Part shown: positions 16,390-25,140 of the stretch, one piece after another
How positions within the stretch are numbered: the first letter of the stretch is position 1
How the letters are laid out: each line of letters starts with the position of its first letter
From: Acidobacteriota bacterium
Lineage (GTDB): Bacteria > Acidobacteriota > Vicinamibacteria > Fen-336
NCBI GenBank assembly: GCA_003222295.1
Contig: QHVP01000105.1
Span: 1-37,632 of the forward strand
Length of the DNA stretch: 37,632 nt
Reading direction: 5' to 3'
Position numbers and translations under genes: made by a program
Notes under the pieces: generated by a model
Seen by the model: only the letters and a program-made list of their open reading frames with translations
What the model was told of the DNA's origin: nothing
Database searches by the model: none

Positions 16390-17237
16390 CCGCTCTCGAG
16401 GCATCCATGCCACGGGCGGGTACGATGGTGGGTGCGGGCACGGGGACGGCGGTGCGTAGCCTCGTTCGCCACCGTCATCTTCTGTGGCAGCTCACTCGTC
16501 GAGAGCTCGCCGCGCGGTACCGCGGGTCCGTCCTCGGGTACCTCTGGTCTTTCCTGATCCCCGTCCTGATGCTGGGCGTCTATACATTCGTCTTCAGCGT
16601 CGCCTTCCGGGCCCGCTGGCCGGGACCAAGCACCAGCCGCGTCGAGTTCGCGCTCATCCTGTTCAGCGGGCTGGTCGTGTTCGCCCTGTTCGCGGAACCC
16701 CTGAACCGGTCTCCCACGCTCATCGTCTCGCAGCCCAACTACGTCAAGAAGATCGTCTTTCCGCTCGAGGTGCTTCCCTGCGTCGCCCTGGCGACGGCAT
16801 TTCTCAACGCGGCGGTCGGGTTCATCATCCTTATCGTGGCCAGCGCCTTCCTGCACGGAGAGGTGCCGTGGACGGTGGTGCTCCTGCCGGTTGCATTGTT
16901 GCCGCTGGTGCCTCTCTGTCTCGGCCTCTCATGGTTCCTGGCCGCCCTCGGCGTGTTCTTGCGCGACATCGCGCCGCTCGTGACGGTATTGACGCAAGTG
17001 CTCATGTTCATGACTCCGGTCTTCTATCCGTTGGCGGCGATTCCCGAACCGTACCGCCGCATCATCGGCCTCAACCCGCTCGCCGTGACGGTCGAGGAGG
17101 TGCGCGGCCTCGTCTTCTACGGCCGCATCCCGGATTGGACGGTCTACATGGCGTGCCTGGCCGTGGGGCTGGCGGTGGCCTGGCTGGGCCTCGCTTTCTT
17201 CCAGCGGACGCGGCGCGGTTTCGCGAATGTCCTCTGA
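16386..17237 (+). CDS. wzm: ABC-2 type polysaccharide/O-antigen export permease (Wzm/TagG/KpsM family)
   Basis: It has the family signature LTRRELAARYRGSVLGYLWSFLIPVLMLGVY followed by six hydrophobic segments. GTG 16386 overlaps the upstream stop; ATG 16407 is an alternative start. Confidence 0.85.
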   Translation: MTALEASMPRAGTMVGAGTGTAVRSLVRHRHLLWQLTRRELAARYRGSVLGYLWSFLIPVLMLGVYTFVFSVAFRARWPGPSTSRVEFALILFSGLVVFALFAEPLNRSPTLIVSQPNYVKKIVFPLEVLPCVALATAFLNAAVGFIILIVASAFLHGEVPWTVVLLPVALLPLVPLCLGLSWFLAALGVFLRDIAPLVTVLTQVLMFMTPVFYPLAAIPEPYRRIIGLNPLAVTVEEVRGLVFYGRIPDWTVYMACLAVGLAVAWLGLAFFQRTRRGFANVL

Positions 17238-18588
17238 GATCGCCGTCTCCGTCCGCGACGTCGGGAAGACCTATTACATCTACGACCGGCCGCAGGAGGC
17301 GCTGCTACGGCAGGTCTTCGGTTATCTGGCCGGGCAGCGGCTCCTGCCGCGCTCCTCCAGGCGGTGGCTGGCCGGTCGCGCGGAGCGACACGGCCGTCGC
17401 TTCGACGCTCTGCGGGAAGTAAGCTTCGACGTTCACCGGGGAGAGTGCGTCGGCATCATCGGCCGCAACGGATCCGGCAAGTCGACGCTCCTCCAGATCG
17501 TCGCGGGCATTCTCGGCCCGACCACGGGCCAGGTCGTGGTCGGGGGCCGCGTGGCGGCCTTGCTCGAGCTCGGCAGCGGGTTCAACCCGGAGTTCAGCGG
17601 GCGCGAGAACCTCCTGCTGAACGGGATCATCCTGGGGGCGCGGCCGGAAGAGATGCGAGCGCGGCTTCCCGAGATCGTCGCCTTTTCGGAGATCGGCGAG
17701 TTCCTCGACCAGCCCGTCAAGACCTACAGCTCGGGCATGATGCTCCGCCTCGCCTTCGCCGTCCAGGTCAGCCTCGCGCCCGACCTCCTGATCGTCGACG
17801 AGGCGCTGAGCGTGGGCGACATCTTCTTCACGCAGAAATGCATCCGCCGGATCAAGGAGCTCGAAGCGCGCGGGACGACGATCCTGTTCGTGTCACACGA
17901 CATGGCCCTCGTGCGAGACCTCTGTCAGCGGGCCGTCTATTTGCGCGGAGGCCGCGTCGCCTATTTTGGCGCGAAGGACCGTGCAATCGCCCTGTACCTC
18001 CAATCCGGCGCGGAGGCGGCGGCCGCCCACCGGCCGAACGCGGCGTCCGTCCCCGTGTCGGGCAGCCCCGCCGACCGCTTCCGGGGTCAGGCCTGCTGGG
18101 TGGCCGACGGTCGCATCGGCGAGGGCGACGCGAGGCTGGTCACGGTGGCGGTATTGGACGGGGACGGCCAGGCCGCCCTCGATGCGACCATGGGCGACCC
18201 CCTCACCATCCGCGTCCTCTTTCAGAGTCTCAGCGGCCGCCCCATCCATGTCGCCCTTGCCTTGAAGAACCGGTACGACCAGGTGATCTTCTCCGGCGGC
18301 TCGTACACGCATCGCCTTCCCCCCGCGGCCTTCGCCGCCGGGGAATACGGCTGCTTCGAGATGAAGCTGGACTGCATGATCGAGGCGGGCCAGTACACCT
18401 TCCTGGTGGCGCTGACCCTGGCCAGTGACGCCCATCGCGGCGTCCGTACCGACGAGACACCGTGGCTGGGACCCATCTCGGTGAAGTGGAACTACGACGC
18501 TGGCCCCGCGCCGTTCTACGGGCTGTTCGGCTTGCCGACGGCGGTGCGTTTCAGGAGACCGGAGGAGGCCATGCCTGAACCGCCGTGA
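17227..18588 (+). CDS. wzt: Polysaccharide/O-antigen ABC exporter ATP-binding protein with a C-terminal Wzt_C-like carbohydrate-binding extension
   Basis: Motifs seen: Walker A GRNGSGKSTLL, signature YSSGMMLRLAF, Walker B LLIVDEALSVGD. An extra ~170-aa C-terminal beta-rich domain follows (GEGDARLVTVAVLDGDG...GEYGCFEMKLDCMIEAGQYTFLVAL). The gene overlaps wzm by 11 nt. Confidence 0.9.
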   Translation: MSSEIAVSVRDVGKTYYIYDRPQEALLRQVFGYLAGQRLLPRSSRRWLAGRAERHGRRFDALREVSFDVHRGECVGIIGRNGSGKSTLLQIVAGILGPTTGQVVVGGRVAALLELGSGFNPEFSGRENLLLNGIILGARPEEMRARLPEIVAFSEIGEFLDQPVKTYSSGMMLRLAFAVQVSLAPDLLIVDEALSVGDIFFTQKCIRRIKELEARGTTILFVSHDMALVRDLCQRAVYLRGGRVAYFGAKDRAIALYLQSGAEAAAAHRPNAASVPVSGSPADRFRGQACWVADGRIGEGDARLVTVAVLDGDGQAALDATMGDPLTIRVLFQSLSGRPIHVALALKNRYDQVIFSGGSYTHRLPPAAFAAGEYGCFEMKLDCMIEAGQYTFLVALTLASDAHRGVRTDETPWLGPISVKWNYDAGPAPFYGLFGLPTAVRFRRPEEAMPEPP

Positions 18589-18640
18589 ACCTGACCGTGC
18601 CTCGCATCATGCAGGCCGCGCCGCGTCGGGCTTCGGCCGG

Positions 18641-18659
18641 TAGAATGCCCGTTGGGAGG
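18641..18659 (+). promoter_or_regulatory. TAGAAT -10-like box plus a GGGAGG ribosome-binding site upstream of the 18665 methyltransferase
   Basis: TAGAAT is at 18641-18646 and GGGAGG at 18654-18659, with the ATG at 18665. There is no convincing -35 element. Confidence 0.3.
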
Positions 18660-18664
18660 AGTCG

Positions 18665-19421
18665 ATGAGCGAGGAAGACGGAGCGCGCGCGGCCGCCGAG
18701 CGGTTGTACGCGCCACCGCGGGAGGTGACAGACCCGTCACTCTGCTCCTTCTACCATGTCATGGACCTGCCTGGCCTCGGCACCGTGGGCGGGCAATGGG
18801 ACCTTCGGCCCACGGTCGAGGATTACCTGGGCCGCTTCGACTTTGGGGGCCGGAGGGTCCTGGACATGGGTGCGGCCAGCGGATACCTGAGCTTCGAGGT
18901 GGAGAAGCGTGGGGCCGACGTCGTCTCCTTCGACCTCGACTCCCCGGATCGGTGGGAGGTCGTGCCGTTCGCCGACCCGCGTTATTCGATCGAGGCCGTC
19001 CGCGCGCGCTATCGCCAGCTGGTGCCCGCCCGCTGGAACGCCTACTGGCTCGCCCACCGCCTGCTCGCGTCGCGCAACCGCGTCTTCTATGGAGATATCT
19101 ACGCCCTGCCGGAGGCGCTGGGCGACTTCGACGTCGTGCTGTTCGGCATGATCCTGGGCCACCTCCGTGATCCCTTCCGCGCGCTCGCCGCCGTCGCGCC
19201 GTTCGCCCGCGACGCGATCATCGTGACGCAGGCCGCGCCGCTGATCCCTTTCCGAGGCCTGCACCTCGCGCATGCTCGGTGTCCTCGGCTTCACGGTGGA
19301 GAGCGTGATTCGCGCGGCGCACGCCTGCGTCGCCCGCCAGGACCGGCAGCTGTGCTCGACGATCGTGGCCCGCCGGCATCATCCGCGCGTCGCCTCGGCG
19401 GCGGTGCCGCGCCGGGGCTGA
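18665..19421 (+). CDS. Class I SAM-dependent methyltransferase (DUF1698/CmoB-like), frame-shifted near 19245-19270
   Basis: A GGGAGG Shine-Dalgarno sequence lies 6 nt upstream of the ATG. Motif I is RVLDMGAASGYLSF, followed by FDVVLFGMILGHLRDP. The plausible C-terminus (RMLGVLGFTVESV...STIVARR, stop 19419-19421) is in the +1 frame and has high G/C third-position content. The original frame loses this bias and would run into the convergent gene. Confidence 0.65.
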
Positions 19422-19435
19422 CCGCGGCCTTCTGC

Positions 19436-21025
19436 TCACCGGCACGACTTGAGGTCCGCGCTGGTGAGATAGGCACGGACGTGTCCGAGCTCGGGACGGC
19501 CGAGGAGGTCCGGCACCGGCACCGCGCAGCCGGGGTTGACGAGGGCGAGGAACTCGGCGGCGATGCGCCCGGCCTGGCCCCGATGATGTACGACGTCGCG
19601 GCCGCCGACCGACAAGAGGGTGAGGTAGGCCGCGTCGGCGGGCAGAGCTTCCATCTCGGCCCGCCAGTCGTCTCCCCAGGAGCCCAGCGTCCAGCCGTCC
19701 AGCGCCGGTGACGGCCGCCCGAGCCGCTCGTAGAGCAAGACTCGCAGGACGTCGCAGTTGTAGGCAAGGTCGGGGAGCGGCGCGTAGAGGACGTTCGTCG
19801 CGATGACCACGTGTCGTTCCATCGGGCGGCGGCGCAGCGCGCCCGCGAGCGCATCCGCGTCGGCGGCCAGCGCGGGCAGGGCGGCCGCGGCTTGCGGCCC
19901 GATCCCGGAGGCGCCGACGGCATGACCGTAGATCTGGAACGAGAGCACGAGCGTCGAGAGGACGGTGACGAGGACGGCCCTTCCGCGGAGCGGTGGAAGC
20001 GCGCCCACCACCGCCACGCACAGGACGAAGAGAGCGGGCGCGAGCCAGACCACGAGGACGGCCGCCGGCGGCGGCGTGGCCGAAAAGACGAGGTCGACAA
20101 GGACGAGCAGGAGGAGACCGAAGAAAATCCGCCGCCTCGGGTCGGGTTGTCTCTGCCTCGGCGGACGGACCACGATGCCCACGGCGGAGGCCACCACCAG
20201 CCACGAGGCCGGCGAGTGGAGCAGGAGAGCGGACGGATAGAACGAGGCGGTCTTCCAGACTCGGCCGGGGGCGGTCACGAAGAACGCGCTCGTCTGCGCG
20301 GCCGGCGTGGACGCGGCGATCGCGCTCAGGTTGTAGGCGATGACGTCGCGCAGCGCGAGGCCGGCATAGCCGAGGGAGGCCGCGGCCACGGCGGCCCACG
20401 CCCATGGCCGCGACCGCACGCGCGCGACCAGGCGGCCCGGCCCTTGGATCCCGGTGACGAAGGCCGCGATCCAGGCGAGAGCGACCACGGAGACGGCCGG
20501 ACCCTTGGAAAGCATCGCCAGCAGCGAGAGCCACGCCGCCGCCAGTGGCCGGTCGACGAGGAGGGCGAACACGGCGGCGGAGGCCGCGAGCACCGCCGCC
20601 GGGTCGAACCGCTGGTCCAGCAGCCCCCCCGGACGGAAGACCAGGGGCGTGAAGGAGAAGAACACGACGGATGCGAGCAGGGGACGTTCCGCGGGATGGC
20701 GCGCCTCCGCCGCGCGCGCGGCCAGGAACCACACGCCCACGAGGGCAGCCCAACCCCAACCCCAGGCGGCTCGGCCGGGTCCCACGACGAGCGACGCCAG
20801 GGAGAAGAAGACGACGGACAGGAGGTTGTTGACGTCCATTCTCAGGAAGGCGACGTACTCACGGAGCCGAAGGTGCTGGAGTTCGAGCCCGCGGCTGGAG
20901 GCGCGCGCGACGAGGTTGGCCGCGTCCTGGATGGGCGGGACGTGGCCGAGGCCCCAGTAGGGGAAGATCAGCACGGCCAGGGCGAGGAGCACGGCGTAGA
21001 CGGTGGCCGGTCGGGCCCCCGTCAT
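19436..21025 (-). CDS. Polytopic membrane protein with a C-terminal soluble domain (candidate GT-C-type glycosyltransferase)
   Basis: 529 aa, with about 11-13 hydrophobic segments and then a ~130-aa soluble tail. Its ATG overlaps the upstream methyltransferase stop (ATGA). No specific family recognised. Confidence 0.7.
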   Translation of the reverse strand: MTGARPATVYAVLLALAVLIFPYWGLGHVPPIQDAANLVARASSRGLELQHLRLREYVAFLRMDVNNLLSVVFFSLASLVVGPGRAAWGWGWAALVGVWFLAARAAEARHPAERPLLASVVFFSFTPLVFRPGGLLDQRFDPAAVLAASAAVFALLVDRPLAAAWLSLLAMLSKGPAVSVVALAWIAAFVTGIQGPGRLVARVRSRPWAWAAVAAASLGYAGLALRDVIAYNLSAIAASTPAAQTSAFFVTAPGRVWKTASFYPSALLLHSPASWLVVASAVGIVVRPPRQRQPDPRRRIFFGLLLLVLVDLVFSATPPPAAVLVVWLAPALFVLCVAVVGALPPLRGRAVLVTVLSTLVLSFQIYGHAVGASGIGPQAAAALPALAADADALAGALRRRPMERHVVIATNVLYAPLPDLAYNCDVLRVLLYERLGRPSPALDGWTLGSWGDDWRAEMEALPADAAYLTLLSVGGRDVVHHRGQAGRIAAEFLALVNPGCAVPVPDLLGRPELGHVRAYLTSADLKSCR

Positions 21026-21948
21026 CGGATGGACGGTCGAGCCAACCCCGCGCGCAGCATATCCACGTGCTCGCGCCGACGCGCGAGCGCGGTCGCCCGT
21101 CCGCCCTCATGGAGCCGGGCGTCACGCACCTCGAACCCGGTGTCCTGCAGCATCGCGCGCACGGCGCCGAGTGAGGGCACGAACCAATCCCACCCGCCGA
21201 GGAGCGTGGCCGAGGCGGCCCCATCGCGCAGCGATCGGTCCTTGCGATCGCCGTATTCGCAGTACCGGCCGGCACCGTCCGCGGCCATGGTCTCCAGCAG
21301 GCATTGGCCGCCGTCCTTCAGCGCGTTGAAGACGATGCGCAGGGAGAGGACGGGGTCCGTGACGTGGTAGAGGACTCCGGAGTAGAGGACGTAGTCGAAC
21401 CGGTCGTAGAAGGACTCCTCGTCGAGCGAGAACAGCGACCGGCTCTCGACCTTCAGGTTGGCCACTCCGAACGCGTGAGCGAGGTAGGCCACGCAGTCGG
21501 CGTACTTGCGCACCTCTTCGATGGCGATCACTTCGGCGCCCATGGCCGCGAGGAGCAAGCTCGTCCCCCCCGTCCAGCAGCCGACGTCGAGCACCTTCTT
21601 CCCGTCGAGGCGCGCTTCCGGGACGCCGTGGAGGGTCATGAAGGTGGCCAGGATGTGGATGTGCCGATCCTGCATCAGCCCGGTCATGCGGAACGTCCCG
21701 AAGTCGTGGTTGTGGCCCCACTCGAACTGCACGGAAAGGTCGCGCTGGCGGGAGATGTCCTGAAAGCGCTCCCGCTGCGGGTCTCGGCGACCGGGCAGCG
21801 AAGTCACGTGCGCGCGGAACTCCTCCTCGCCCACGTTGCGGAGCTGGCCGACGGTGTAGCGCTCGCGCAGGAGACGGCGCAGATAGAGCGCCGCCTCCGA
21901 GCCGTCGTAGACGCCAAAATAGGGATGAAGGGGGACCGCGTCCGCCAT
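21022..21948 (-). CDS. Class I SAM-dependent methyltransferase (DUF1698/CmoB-like, Methyltransf_9-type)
   Basis: Start at MADAVPL (ATG 21948), preceded by AAGAGG. Motifs seen: WGHNHDFG, KKVLDVGCWTGGTS, FDYVLYSGVLYHVTDP, LKDGGQCLLET. The long Arg/Gly-rich N-terminal extension of the tracked ORF overlaps the asnB-like gene and was trimmed. Confidence 0.8.
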   Translation of the reverse strand: MADAVPLHPYFGVYDGSEAALYLRRLLRERYTVGQLRNVGEEEFRAHVTSLPGRRDPQRERFQDISRQRDLSVQFEWGHNHDFGTFRMTGLMQDRHIHILATFMTLHGVPEARLDGKKVLDVGCWTGGTSLLLAAMGAEVIAIEEVRKYADCVAYLAHAFGVANLKVESRSLFSLDEESFYDRFDYVLYSGVLYHVTDPVLSLRIVFNALKDGGQCLLETMAADGAGRYCEYGDRKDRSLRDGAASATLLGGWDWFVPSLGAVRAMLQDTGFEVRDARLHEGGRATALARRREHVDMLRAGLARPSIR

Positions 21949-22022
21949 TCCGTGCCTCTTGCTTCCGCCGGCCAGGGCGGAATCCGGATTATAAGGTCCG
22001 CCACGGCCGCGCACGGTACGCG

Positions 22023-23933
22023 TCAGGCCAGAGGCGCGGCCCGAGACGCCGCCGGTGCCTGCGCCGTAAACGCCGTGGGCAGGCGCTGCAGCCAGGCCTC
22101 GAGCGCCACCAGCGTGAAGATCTTGCGCGAGTAGTCTCCGCGGCCCCGCAGGTGCGCGGAGACGAGCGACTCCACGACCTCCGGCCGGAAGAAGCCGCGG
22201 CGCCGCAGCGTCCCCGCCGAAAGCAGATCCCCCATCCAGGGGCGGAGCGGACCGCGGAGCCACTCCCCGAGGGGCACGTCGAAACCGTGCTTGCGCCGGC
22301 GCGCGACCGCCGGCAGGTCGGCCAGCGCCCGGCGCAGGAGCCGCTTCCCGCGTCCCCACCGCACCTTGTAACCACCGGGAAGGCGGAAGGCGGATTCCAC
22401 GAGCGCACGGTCCAGGAACGGTACGCGGGCCTCGAGGCCGCGGGCCATCGTCATGCGGTCGACCTTCGCCAGCATCTCGTCGACGAGGGTGGTGCGGAGG
22501 TCGGCGCGCAGCCGGCGGTTGACCTCGTCGCCCCCCGGTTCGGTCTCGTAGGCGAGGCGCACGGGGTTCTCCGCCCACGCCCGCGCCGCCACCTCCGCCA
22601 GCTCGGGGTGGAGCAGCGCCTCCATCTCCTCGGGCACGAAGGCGGTCACGATCTCGGCGTAGCGCTCGCCCGGCGAGCGCATCCGCCGCAAGCGGCCGGC
22701 GAGCTCGCCGCGCAGACCGGGCGCGCCCAGGCGCGCCCCGCGCGCGCTGCGGGCGACGGTCATGCCCAGGCGGCGGAGGAGCGTACGCGGCGAGGTCTCC
22801 GGCTCGTGGCGCCACGGATAACCGCCGAGCGTCTCGTCGGCGCCGTCGCCGGTGAGGACCACCTTGACGTGCTCACGGGCGAGGCCGGCCAGGTGGTAGA
22901 GCGCGAAGGCGGAGGACACCGCGAACGGCTCGTCGAAGCGGGCCATGACCTCGGGCAGCGAGGACGCGTGGCCGGGACCCAGGTGGAGCTCGTGGTGCTC
23001 GGTCCCGAGCTGCGCGGACACGCGGCGGGCGTGCGGGGACTCGTCCTCGGTGCGCCCGTCGAAGCGCACCGAGAACGTGTGCAAGGGCGACGCCGACGCG
23101 TCGCGCGCGGCGCGCGTGACCGCGGTGGAGTCGAGGCCCCCGCTCAGGAACGTGCCCACGGGGACGTCGGCCACGAGGTGGGAGCGGACGGCGGCATCGA
23201 GCCGCGAGCGAAAGGCGTGCGCCGCCGCCGCGAAACCGGCGGGCCTCTCGTCCTCGGCGGGGGGACCTTCCCAATAGCGCGCCGTACGCACCGTGCCCTC
23301 TTCGACCACGGCGTAGTGGGCGGGAGGGAGCCTCGCCACACCCTCCACGATCGAAGTGCCGCCGGGCACGCTCGACTGGTACAGGTAATGTACGACCGCA
23401 GACGGGCTCACGTCCCGTGGCATCCCGCCCAGGGCGAAAAGCGCGCCCAGCTCGGATCCGAACACCACGTCGGTGTCGCGCCGGGCATAAACGAGCGGCT
23501 TGATGCCGAGGCGGTCGCGGGCGAGGAGGAGGCGCCGTCGCCGGGCGTCCCACAGGGCGAACGCGAACATTCCGTCGATCGACTGCAGCAGCCCTTCGCC
23601 CTCCTCCTCGTAGAGGTGCACGAGGATCTCGGTGTCGGTGCGGGAGCGGAAGCGGTGACCCCGCTGCTCGAGACGCCGCCGGAGCGGCTCGAAGTCGTAG
23701 AGCTGGCCGTTGTAGACGAGCCAGACGGTGCCGTCCTCGTTCGCCATCGGCTGGTGCCCGGCCGGGCTCGGATCCAGGATGGCGAGGCGCCGGCTGGCCA
23801 GGCCCAGGCCCGGCTCGGCATGGAAGCCTTGGTCGTCCGGGCCCCGATGTGAGAGCGCACGCGCCATGGCGCGCAGCTCCGCGGGATCGACGGGCGCTCC
23901 ACCCGCACGCAAGATGCCCGCGATGCCACACAT
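22023..23933 (-). CDS. Asparagine synthase (glutamine-hydrolysing) family amidotransferase, AsnB-like paralog 1
   Basis: It has the N-terminal nucleophile MCGIAG, then HRGPDD and YNGQLYDF, and the PP-loop-type motif FLSGGLDST. Length is 636 aa. Confidence 0.9.
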   Translation of the reverse strand: MCGIAGILRAGGAPVDPAELRAMARALSHRGPDDQGFHAEPGLGLASRRLAILDPSPAGHQPMANEDGTVWLVYNGQLYDFEPLRRRLEQRGHRFRSRTDTEILVHLYEEEGEGLLQSIDGMFAFALWDARRRRLLLARDRLGIKPLVYARRDTDVVFGSELGALFALGGMPRDVSPSAVVHYLYQSSVPGGTSIVEGVARLPPAHYAVVEEGTVRTARYWEGPPAEDERPAGFAAAAHAFRSRLDAAVRSHLVADVPVGTFLSGGLDSTAVTRAARDASASPLHTFSVRFDGRTEDESPHARRVSAQLGTEHHELHLGPGHASSLPEVMARFDEPFAVSSAFALYHLAGLAREHVKVVLTGDGADETLGGYPWRHEPETSPRTLLRRLGMTVARSARGARLGAPGLRGELAGRLRRMRSPGERYAEIVTAFVPEEMEALLHPELAEVAARAWAENPVRLAYETEPGGDEVNRRLRADLRTTLVDEMLAKVDRMTMARGLEARVPFLDRALVESAFRLPGGYKVRWGRGKRLLRRALADLPAVARRRKHGFDVPLGEWLRGPLRPWMGDLLSAGTLRRRGFFRPEVVESLVSAHLRGRGDYSRKIFTLVALEAWLQRLPTAFTAQAPAASRAAPLA

Positions 23934-23935
23934 GG

Positions 23936-25051
23936 CTAGCGCGGGAGGGCCGCGCTCAGCTTCTCGATGAGGGCCAGGCGTTCGCGGGCGGCGCGGTCGA
24001 GATCGCGGATGACTTGCTCCTTCTCACGAAGTTTCTCTTGCAGGGCGCGGATCGTTTGCTGCGACCCGGCGGCCGCGAGACGCGTCTCCTCGAGCAGTGC
24101 CGCCGTCTCCACCGGCAGGTCCATGTAGGCCTGGCTGAACGCGCTCAGGATGAGCGCCACCACCTCCGGCTTCACATGGCGGTTGTCGCTGGAGAACGGA
24201 GAATCAAACAGGCTCAGCGCCAGCTCATAGGAGGGAAAATAGTGGCACCGGCCGGTGGCCGCCACCTCTGGAATGGACAAGAACGCATCGAGGGCGGCGC
24301 GCAGGATGGCCTTGGAGATCGAGTTGGCCGTCACCGGCGACTGGTTGCGGAAGGTGGCGACGAAAGGGATCGGGGACAGCGTGAACACGAGCTGGAGCCG
24401 GGGGAGGAAGCGGGCGACGATGCGGTGAAGCTCGTGCAGCGCCGCCGTCGTCTCCTCCACCGTCGCCACCTTGAAGACGTGCCGCTCCGGGTCGTAGAGA
24501 CGCGCGGGAATGGACCGCCAGAGCACCTCGCCGTCGAGGCGGTCGTACCAGACCTCGGACATGCCGAGGGTGACGACCGCCACGTCGGCGTCCTCGAGGT
24601 TGGCGCGAATGTTCCGGCGGCGTTCGTCCGTCGCCTCGAAGTACTTCTTGTCCTTCGTGAACCACAGGTGGCTGGCGGGGGTGAACTCACCGAAAGCCCA
24701 TCGGAACTGCTGCACGACCACGAACGCGTTTTCGAAGGTGTTACCGAGGGACAAGAGCAGCGGCTCTTCGGAGAGGCCGTGCGCTTCGGCGGGGATGCGC
24801 CACTGGTTGTAGCCGCGCTCGCCGAGGAAGGCGATGAAGTACTCGGCGAAGCAGCTCCCGAAGGCGATCACCCGCGAAGAGCGCGAGATCAGCGGCCGCT
24901 CGGGGGCCCAACCCTGCATGACATCCGCTACCGACAGTGGCCGATCGGCGGGGTAGCGGTGGCAATGCTCGCCCCTGTACCAATGGTCTGCCTGCTGGAA
25001 GTCGAGGTCCTCGTCAGACTTCTTCCACGGCCCGATCCTGGGCTCGTTCAT
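23936..25051 (-). CDS. GSCFA-domain protein (SGNH-hydrolase-like, function unknown) with a C-terminal coiled-coil tail
   Basis: It contains the literal family motif in IAFGSCFAEYF. The last ~60 aa are heptad-like and charged (LQEKLREKEQVIRDLDRAARERLALIEKL). A GGAG lies upstream of the ATG. Confidence 0.8.
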   Translation of the reverse strand: MNEPRIGPWKKSDEDLDFQQADHWYRGEHCHRYPADRPLSVADVMQGWAPERPLISRSSRVIAFGSCFAEYFIAFLGERGYNQWRIPAEAHGLSEEPLLLSLGNTFENAFVVVQQFRWAFGEFTPASHLWFTKDKKYFEATDERRRNIRANLEDADVAVVTLGMSEVWYDRLDGEVLWRSIPARLYDPERHVFKVATVEETTAALHELHRIVARFLPRLQLVFTLSPIPFVATFRNQSPVTANSISKAILRAALDAFLSIPEVAATGRCHYFPSYELALSLFDSPFSSDNRHVKPEVVALILSAFSQAYMDLPVETAALLEETRLAAAGSQQTIRALQEKLREKEQVIRDLDRAARERLALIEKLSAALPR

Positions 25052-25080
25052 CTCGTCTCCCCGCGCATCGCGGTCTGGTC

Positions 25081-25109
25081 AAGCGTAGGACCCGACCCAC
25101 CTGAAGTCA
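25081..25109 (-). promoter_or_regulatory. Sigma-70-like promoter candidate on the minus strand: TTGACT, 17-nt spacer, TACGCT
   Basis: On the reverse complement, the -35 element is at 25109-25104 and the -10 at 25086-25081. It lies in the 89-nt gap upstream of the GSCFA gene (ATG 25051, GGAG-type Shine-Dalgarno sequence). Confidence 0.35.
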
Positions 25110-25140
25110 ATGAAGCGATCGCGGGCGGCGGGCCCCCGCC

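Noticed and set aside
21949-22815. Long N-terminal extensions of tracked ORFs: 21022-22815, 25141-26934, 26301-27305, 31099-32655, 2009-2968, 3632-4594 and 34400-36229
   Set aside because: The extensions overlap the neighbouring real gene in another frame and are Arg/Pro/Gly-rich. Internal starts that coincide with ATGA, GTGA or TTGA overlaps or with Shine-Dalgarno sequences give proteins of normal family length.
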